Part shown: positions 56,013 to 64,000 of the stretch, piece after piece
Numbering within the stretch: position 1 is the stretch's first letter
How the letters are laid out: every line of letters begins with the position of its first letter
Source: Flaccisagitta enflata
Lineage: Eukaryota
Direction of reading: 5' to 3'
Length of the DNA: 64,000 nt
Assembly: GCA_965153355.1 (NCBI GenBank)
Contig: OZ231126.1
Span: forward strand, 41,726,001-41,790,000
The notes under the pieces: generated by a model
What the model saw: the letters and a program-made list of their open reading frames with translations, nothing else
Databases searched by the model: none
Told to the model about the DNA's origin: nothing
Made by a program: the position numbers and the translations under genes

Positions 56013-56977
56013 CATTATGGGCTGAAATGTGCGCTAGGTGGCTCATTGGGAATTGACATTACATCTTTTCCATTACTTTTCCCTTATGAAATTTAAAGTG
56101 TGAAAAACTTTTTTCCTGTATATTTTCAGATGTTATGAAACTATTTATACCCAATTTTGAATCATCGCTACCGGATTAAAAGCTTTATGAGCTTAGTATA
56201 CAAAAGAAGAGAAATTTAAGAAAATCAAGAGAAAAATACTGCTAAATTCTCTTACATTTGATATTTAAATTGTTTAAAGTTGTGACCAAATCAATGAAAT
56301 TTTTGTCTTTGTTCAATAAGATTCCTTAATAAGGTGCTCAAAAAAATCATTTTTTTTGCTCATTTGGCTCATTTTGCTCATTTTTCTTTCAAACAAATAT
56401 AGATTTTTACTTTTATCCACATTATTACTTGTTCAATGTTCATTTTAGGCCAAAAAAATCGCAATTAGTACGGAGCTGTACATCTTGAGCCATAGCATTC
56501 TTAATTCAGGACACCTTAAGCTACACTTTGACATAGGTTTCATGTTGTGCGTCCTTGTGCGATTTTTTTGGTCATAGGGTAAAATAATCATGAAAATAAG
56601 ATCAAATATCTGAAAATAATAAGGTACTTTATCTGTCCCAGATATGTGAAAAATAAGGTTTTTTTAAACTTTTCTAGCCATTGAGACATCAATGAATGAA
56701 TCTAATCCAATAATGGAGATTTCATAAGCTTTTTTTCATTCTCAACAGATAATCTAAAGATTTATTGATTTTTGTTGAAATTTTGCGATTTTTGTGAAAG
56801 AGTCCAGTTTGGGCGTTTTTTTAAACTAAAAAATGCCATAAAAGCTGCCATATGGACTGGTAGTGTATGTTCATATATTACTTTGACTATTCTACATAGT
56901 TTCAGCCGTGTAACAGAGATAAAAATTTTCACCCAAATATCAAAGGAGCCACCTAGCCCAATCCATAGCCTACAGTG
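56013..56977. mobile_element. Non-autonomous Transib-like element inserted in a HINE microsatellite
   Basis: Ends CATTATGGGCT...GCTAGGTGGCTC / GAGCCACCTAGC...AGCCTACAGTG; perfect 5-bp TSD CGTTG. Confidence 0.75.
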
Positions 56978-57454
56978 CGTTGGTCTGTCTGTGGACACGA
57001 GTTGAAAGGTGCAAAAATGAGCGTTTTATATGGTTTTTGTTTATGTGTGGGGGGCATGGGATACGGACGGGGGTTGGATGCCCCTGCTTACCGGTCCGCA
57101 ACGATATTGTGACCCCGTATCCCTTGTTTCTCATTACTCACAATCCGCCAGTCAACGCCGACAAAATATGCATGTTCAACTTATTATCAATATCAATATG
57201 TGACATTGCCCACAATTCGCCGACAAAGTTCTCTTCACAATTTGGATGAGCATCCCATAATCACCCATTATCCCAGTCTTTTGTATTTTGTCTTTTGTCT
57301 TTTGTCTTTTGTCTTTTGTCTTTTGTCTTTTGTCTTTTGTCTTTTGTCTTTTGTCTTTTGTCTTCGGTCTTTGGTCTTTGGTCTTTTGTCTTTGGTCTTC
57401 TGCCTCAATATTAGCCTTTTGTTTCGTGTTTTTTGCCATTTTTTGTTTGTCTTT

Positions 57455-57668
57455 TTTAGTCGCGTGCTACGCGACTCTACACCCCGCTTTGTCCGTCTGC
57501 CCGTCGGTTGGTCCGTCCGTCCGTCCATCCGTCCATCCGTCACACTTTGCTTTTTTTGGGTTTTTGCGGTCTTTGGCCTCACTGCTCCTACCCAAATGAT
57601 CAAGTGATCTCAAATACAGCCCCTGCCCACCCGCACGCGACTGGGGTAGCCGTGTATCTGGCCTTGTT
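57455..57668 (+). mobile_element. HINE/DINE-1-like element, family 1 (complete copy)
   Basis: TTT-AGTCGCGT-GCT-ACGCGACT hairpin, CCGT microsatellite, subterminal GCACGCGACT, 3' GGCCTTGTT. Confidence 0.85.
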
Positions 57669-57839
57669 CTTTTGAATTTTGTCTTTGATGTGTTTGTTAA
57701 TCTTCTTCCAAGGACATCAGCGGCTTAACTTTTCATCCTCTCAGACGCCATTTCCTCTTTCAATATGATGTTGGTGTTTCCGTATGTCAACTCCTCGTCA
57801 CCCACATCTTCCAAACTAATCATAAAAGATATACAAAAA

Positions 57840-59194
57840 CTAAACTTCTTCCACGCGTTTGATTCGCGATTTGGCTCCGCTGCCTTTCGAAATCGCCGGC
57901 GAAGCTTTCGGCGGTGTAGTCGACATCGCCGTCACCGACTCCGTCTTTGAGCCCCTGCGTCCCATAGACGCAGTGCTTGAACGTCGAGTTCCTCGATTAT
58001 TCTCCAACTCCTCGTCCACGTCCTTCAGGGGAATCTCTTCGTTCACGTCGTCGTCGCTTTTCGACTTGCCACCCATCTTTCTCTTGATAGCCTGGACGCA
58101 GGCCATTTGCCGCACCGAATTCATCACCAACTCCACGATGAAATTTCCCTCTTCCTCTTCTTCCTCTTCCTCTTCTTCGTCCCCTTCTTCCCACGGTTTT
58201 TTCTCCACAATTGGCACCGGCTTGACGCGGATCGGGATTCCCAATTCTTTTCTGGAAAGGGACGTAATGAATTGGAGACGTAATGAACCAGTGACATAAT
58301 GGCATAGTGACGTAATGAAAAGTGACTCAATGACATGACATGACATAATGACTCAATTACAAAACATCCTAGATTGGCTCCATTCCAGGGTTGTCCACAC
58401 ATTTTCTTGCTGCTTGTCAGATTCTATCCTTTTATCAATCCCGCCGTCCAGAAGACATAGGCTTCACGTGTCTTGGTTAATCATCCAGCCTCCTAGACCT
58501 ACGTCACTTAACTTAGATAAAACAATCCAAATCGCCAAAGCAAATCCTAGAGTGTTAATCAGTATCAATCAAGGATTTTTCTTGCCTAGTCCAGGCCCTA
58601 TATGCCCTAATTTCAGTTTTTGACCAAATCTTATGCCTAACACAAGCGGAAATTTACCATCGAGTTATTAGGATATTCAACCTGATTTTGGCGTCGAGTT
58701 CCTCATCCGTCGCTGCCCACTCTGCAGTTGGATACGCAATTTGCTTCAGCCTGAGATAAACAATAAGTTGCAATGAAAAGAATTGATGACAAATATAAAA
58801 ATACTTTCAGTTTTGTTAAATCACTGGTTCCCTTTTATCATTCATATTTCATCCATTCCTTCTACTCCTCGACCTCTTTCCCTCTCTGACTGTATTTCTC
58901 TGTCGTTGACTCTGTGTCTGTCTGTGTCTGTCCGCCTCTGTCTCACTGCTTCTTTCCGTTTTGTATTTTTAGTCGCGTGCTACGCGACTCTACAACCCGC
59001 TTTGTCGGTCCGTCGGTCCGTCGGTCCGTCCGTCTGTCCGTCCGTCTGTCCGTCCGTCACACTTTACTTTTTTTGGGGTTTTGCGGTCTTTGGCCTCACT
59101 GCTCCTGCCCAAATGATGGAGTGGCCTTAAATATGTCCCCTGCCCACCCGCACGCGACTTCGGTAGCCGTGTATCCGGCCTTGTTTTTCCATCT

Positions 59195-59269
<75 letters not shown>

Positions 59270-62200
59270 TCTGATTTTTGGTGCCAACGACCGCTGAAAA
59301 TGATTGTATGGCTCCGTAGATCGGGAGCAAGAACACGAGAATAATGAAAAGAATCCATCCAAACTAATTAGAAGCCATGATGACAAGACAAAATAAAAAA
59401 GAATGATTTGAAATGCAACATCTATACCATACCATATTAACCATCAAGGTTTTTAATCGCGTGCAACGCGTCATTGATAGCCACTTGTCGGTCTGTGGGT
59501 CGGTCGGTCACGTTTTTGTTTTGAGAGACATTCTGATGACTCTGCTACTCCTGCTCAACTATGCCACTGCTCCTGCCCACCCACACGCGACTGTAATGTA
59601 ATCCGTCCTTGTTCCATTTGCGATCTCTTAGATTTAGAATCTAAACTTACCTCATCCAACCATGGAGGTAAAATATAATACAAGCTCAACGTGGACAGTG
59701 CTCTCCTTGATGGCTGATAAGCGAATATTCCTGTAAGACTGAATGAAATGAAAAAGTGAAAGTATTTTAACTTTCTTATGAGAAATCCCCTCTCCAGAGG
59801 GCCTCTCATTCAGGTGTGTCAAATACGGGTGATGACCGAGTTTGAGACCATAACGCTGTCTCAAGATGGGGCTGTTGATTTTAAAACAATCACCGTTTTC
59901 CTTTTTCTGAAATTCCATCAGCAACCATTTTTTTTCGCGATCGAAATCTAATGCAATGTCTGCTCTCTCGTTCGCCAAGAAACCAATTGATTACCCAAAA
60001 AAGACCATCTTTCTGTTTCATTGAATTTGATACGATTAATCCAGACACTTTTTCGTGAAGCTTTAAAGAAGATAGCGGCATTTAAAAGAAATTGGAACTC
60101 CCACTATAACAAGGCGAAGGATGAGAGTTAATAACATAAATACAACGTTATGCAAATTAGGGGCAAAACAGGGTTTTTGAAAAAAACGGAAGATGACAGA
60201 AATTTGAAAAAAGAAAAACGGTGAAAGTATTGAAATGAGTAACCCCATGATGTCCTAGCGTTACGTTCTCAGGGATTAATGTTTTGCATATTGACACACC
60301 CGAGCCTCTCATGTAGCGCAAATATTTGACCAACCACGCCAATGTGAATTGTTTATAAATGCACGGATGGAACTGCGTCATACAGACAAGCCTTTGAATG
60401 GAACAAGGACCTGAAAAAGAGCAAAAGTAATGTCGTGACGCTGCCGCCATATGTCACCGTGAGCATCGTCTGCCGCCACAACCATTGGATGTTCTTGGCC
60501 AAAGGGAGGCGAGGCTGCTCCATGGCGAAGATCATCGCCTGTAAAGTACACATTGTGTTCGGTTCAGCATTGATTGTTAGTTTTCAAAAATGGTTTGAAT
60601 TAACGGCAGAGAGACAGACAGTCCGACAGACATACAAAATAGAATGGATGCTGAAACAGAGCTCAGACAGCCTCGAGCGACGAACAACAAGGTCAACACC
60701 TATAAATAACTTAAGATGACTTAAATTGACTTTTAATTACTCAAGATGAATTGGAATGATATAAAATGGTGTAAAATGACTCAAATGACTAAATTAACCA
60801 AATTGACTAAAATGACCTAATATGACACAATCGGTCTAATCGGGATAAAAGTCGAAGTCAGTCTTCGACTTTTTGACATATTCGAGAGAAACAGGGTTTT
60901 CAATTTCTTATGAGAAAGTTGAGGCTCTCTCTCCTGGGGGCCATTGAGGTCTCCAATGAAATTGATAGGGTAAGTAAATTTGTTAATTCTCTTTCATTTG
61001 GCGCCAAGCAGAATGCTCTACGACAAATACTTTTTGCGCTATGATTTTTTAAAGATTTATTTACAAAAAATTCGAATAGAATTTTTTTCGATATTTTATG
61101 ATTTTGTGTTCGATCAATAAAGGAGTGTATTTATGTTTACTTGAGCATGCAAATACAAGAAAATATGTTTATGAGCACAGCTGCTCATCTGTGAGGGTAT
61201 TTTTTAGCATTTTAGCTCATTTGGCTCACTTAGCTCAGTCTGTTCTTTCTGATTTCAAATATGATAGATGAATAAATATTTTCAAACTTGTTTAAGCAAG
61301 CAAATAAAAACATATGTCAGAGCTGCTCATCTGTGAGGGCGTTTTCAAGTATTCTAGCTCATTTAGCTCATTTAGCTTGCGCTTTTTCTCTGAATTTAAA
61401 CAGGATGAATAAATTAATGTTTTGATTTAAGCATGCGAATACAAGAAAGCATGTCAGTGAGCAAAGCTGGTTGTCTGGTTGAATCATTTTAAATATTTTA
61501 GCTCATCTAGCTCATTTGGCTCAGTCCTATTTTTCCCTGATTTTCAGTGCAGTCAATACATACAATTGCTTTTGATTTGATCTAACAAAATTTCAGTGAC
61601 TGAAGATGGTGAAAAGTGACCAATGCTTACGACTTTTTTCCTCACGGCGACAGCCGCCCTTACAGGTATAACTCATTATGACTTAAAATGACTTGGAATG
61701 ACTATGAATGATATAGAATGACTTTCATGGTTCATATATGATGTCTTACAATGACCTAAAATGACTAGAAATGACTCAAAGTGATAAAAAATATAAAGTT
61801 TGACGGACGGACCAACGGACAGATGGACCGACCAACCGTCCATGAGCCAGAGATCGTTTCACTGCAAGAGCTTAGAATTGGGGTATTACCCTACACTTTC
61901 ACAAATGATTAGGTCAAGCGGTTTTTCAATTTTCAAACAGAAGAATAAATGGAAAAATATTATGGACGGTGCTTACGGCAAGCTTGTTTTGCGCTCTTTT
62001 TCTTTCTTTTTTTTGGCAGACTTTTCTAGTCAAAGTTTTCTTAAAAACGCATGGGAGAGATTTGTTTACGAAAAAAATCAAGGCGCAGAATGCCATGGTA
62101 ACGACCGGATAGAACTCTTACAAATGCGACCGACTGACAAAGGGGGTTGTAAAGTCGCTTGCATGCGACTAAAAACAGACAATGCAGCCGACCGACAGAT

Positions 62201-62362
62201 TGTTTTACAGACGTTTTACAGCAGTCACTTACCTTAACATCAGTGTGGAGATAACGAAAAGCGTAACACGTCATGAGAAAGAAAGTATGTTGAAAGGCGA
62301 TGCACGTGCAGGGCAAATAGGCCACCAGATCGATACTCATCACCATAAACACGATGGCATAT
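57840..62362 (-). CDS. Multi-exon membrane-protein gene, incompletely resolved (candidate exons 62233-62362, from 60538 down, 59995-60103, 59651-59730, 58658-58750, 57840-58251)
   Basis: Several open segments bounded by AG/GT (YAIVFMVMSIDLVAYLPC..., AMIFAMEQP..., WSFL/GIFAY...) and an acidic/Ser-rich segment. Only some junctions are phase-consistent, so this may be two genes or a pseudogene. Confidence 0.4.
58968..59185 (+). mobile_element. HINE/DINE-1-like element, family 1 (complete copy)
   Basis: Closely similar to 57455-57668 and to the reverse complement of 12651-12855. Confidence 0.85.
60847..61669 (+). mobile_element. HINE-like element, family 3, nested in the AATGACT array of a family-1 element
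   Basis: 5' hairpin AAAAGTCGAAG-TCAGT-CTTCGACTTTT; 3' TACGACTTTTTTCCTCACGGCGACAGCCGCC; homologous to 6570-7646. Confidence 0.7.
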
Positions 62363-64000
62363 CTGAAAAGAGGAAGAAGAAGAAGAATAGTCGCGAAAGC
62401 GGTACCTGTGCCCTGCCTAAGTAGATTGTGACTGTTGTGAATAAAGTTGAAGGAGGGAGCAGGGCAGCGGCGCCGAAGGAGCTGTTTGCCGAGGTGCGAT
62501 TATTGCAAAAACTGCAGCTAAGGTGCGACATCGCAGCCTAGCAGCAAAGACAACTCCCATTATTTATTTTGATTTACAATGGAGCAGATATATTGTTATT
62601 GTATTTATTTTCGTCAACATGAAAATGCTTTCATGAGAGACTTCGAAATTCGTGAACAAATGAACAGTTTTGACTCATATTACAGCTATGTTACGGTTTT
62701 GGCCACGTAACCCCCGAATCCCCTCTCCGAACTTGAACTTTTTAAGATGGATAGAGAACAGGGTCATCTTTCATATATATATCAGTAAGAAATTCCGCAG
62801 TGAGGGGATTCAACCTCAACCATGCAAATGTTTAAAAAAAACGCTCCAAACTGGATAAAGTGTAACTAACGTCGCTTAAAATTCGTAGTAAGAACCAATT
62901 TTTTAACATTTTTTTCTCTCTAGTTTTTTTGCTGTTCCTTCCTCTTTTGTTTGGTATGTTCAAACATGCGAACTCTTTCTAGTTTGTCTGTCAGAGGGAA
63001 TTTACTGAAACATGTTTTGCTGTGAAAATCCTATTCAAAACCGCGGTTTATCAATTTAAATACCATATTACTACGAAAATAAACACTTTTTTCCTCGAGC
63101 AAGGGTGCATTTCTTCCTCGTTTTATATCTATTTTTGGGAAAAAAAAACAAACAAAAAATGGAAAAAAATCAATTTAAATTTACCCTCTTTCAAAACTTA
63201 CGACATTTCTTAATTGCTATGTGAAATGCGACATATCAAAACTTCATTAGATGTTCCTGTATCTTATGATCAGATAATGCATTTCCGTTTTAAACTCCTT
63301 AGGATAAGAAAAACACAAATTTGCATGCACTATTTGAATGCATATTTTCAAAAAAAAATTTTCATTTGCTAACAAAAACATACTAGTTTTATCATAGCTA
63401 CATAGCTAAAGCAAATTTGGACTGGAAATTCTAATATCAATTAAATCCCAGATAATAACAGATAGAGAAAGAAAAAAATAAGAGCGACAAAAATCAGTGA
63501 TGATTGTAACTGCTAAGATGCGATATCATCGTAAGTGGTTGTTTTTACCGGACCTCAGCAGTCCCCCTCCCCCCCTCCCCGGGATGCTTTCACATATACT
63601 ATCTAAGAAATAAAAATGTTTCCGCACTATTGCATGTATATCTCAGACTAGAATCAACGAATCATAAAAAAATTGGCAAGATTTTTAAAGCCCTTCAAAT
63701 TTGCAAGTAATCTACGCAAACCACATCTCTCTAACTCAATGCATTCAAAAGTTATTCAACTTTAAATGAAATGTTTCAATTTTGTTTTTGCCATATCAAC
63801 ACAATCTTCAAATGATAAACCTCACTTTTTTTCAAATAACTTCTAAACGCATTGAGCTAGACAGATGCGGTTTGTGTAGATTGCTTGCAAATTTGAAGGG
63901 CTTCATTTTTGTCACCAATTTTTTTAAGATTTGTTGAATCTCTTTGGAGCTATAAGTTAAAACGTAGCAACAGTAACGATCAAGAAAATCCCTTGAAAGG

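Noticed and set aside
62406-62540. Upstream exon of the minus-strand membrane gene joined by a 43-nt intron
   Set aside because: The open frame ends in phase 0 while the next exon needs phase 2, and the matching frame contains a stop.

Overview
Eukaryotic, probably invertebrate animal, genomic DNA. It is AT-rich, uses GT-AG introns and is saturated with microsatellites and nested non-autonomous transposons; the species cannot be identified from the sequence. Genes reconstructed by hand from splice phases: (i) a tandem pair on the + strand, made of a ~337-aa secreted protein (15340-16882) and a paralogous ~800-aa type I membrane protein (17303-26182) with four cytoplasmic S-G-Y motifs; (ii) a 5-exon pancreatic-lipase-family gene (29295-34197) whose last exon recurs in a ~5 kb tandem duplication that may be an assembly artefact; (iii) fragments of a minus-strand membrane-protein gene (57.8-62.4 kb). 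Mobile DNA includes a 5'-truncated CR1/L2-group LINE (44.2-48.7 kb) split by a satellite-carrying Helentron-type (HINE/DINE-1-like) element, at least three HINE-like families, Tc1/mariner-, hAT-, PIF/Harbinger- and Transib-like MITEs, and a 3.5 kb piggyBac-like foldback. The most unusual signals are an array of five covarying hairpins with ~80 bp period followed by a multibranch fold downstream of the LINE ORF, a MITE dimer in which each unit carries two divergent tRNA-like Pol III cassettes, and the phase-compatible soluble/receptor gene pair. No database searches or folding programs were run.
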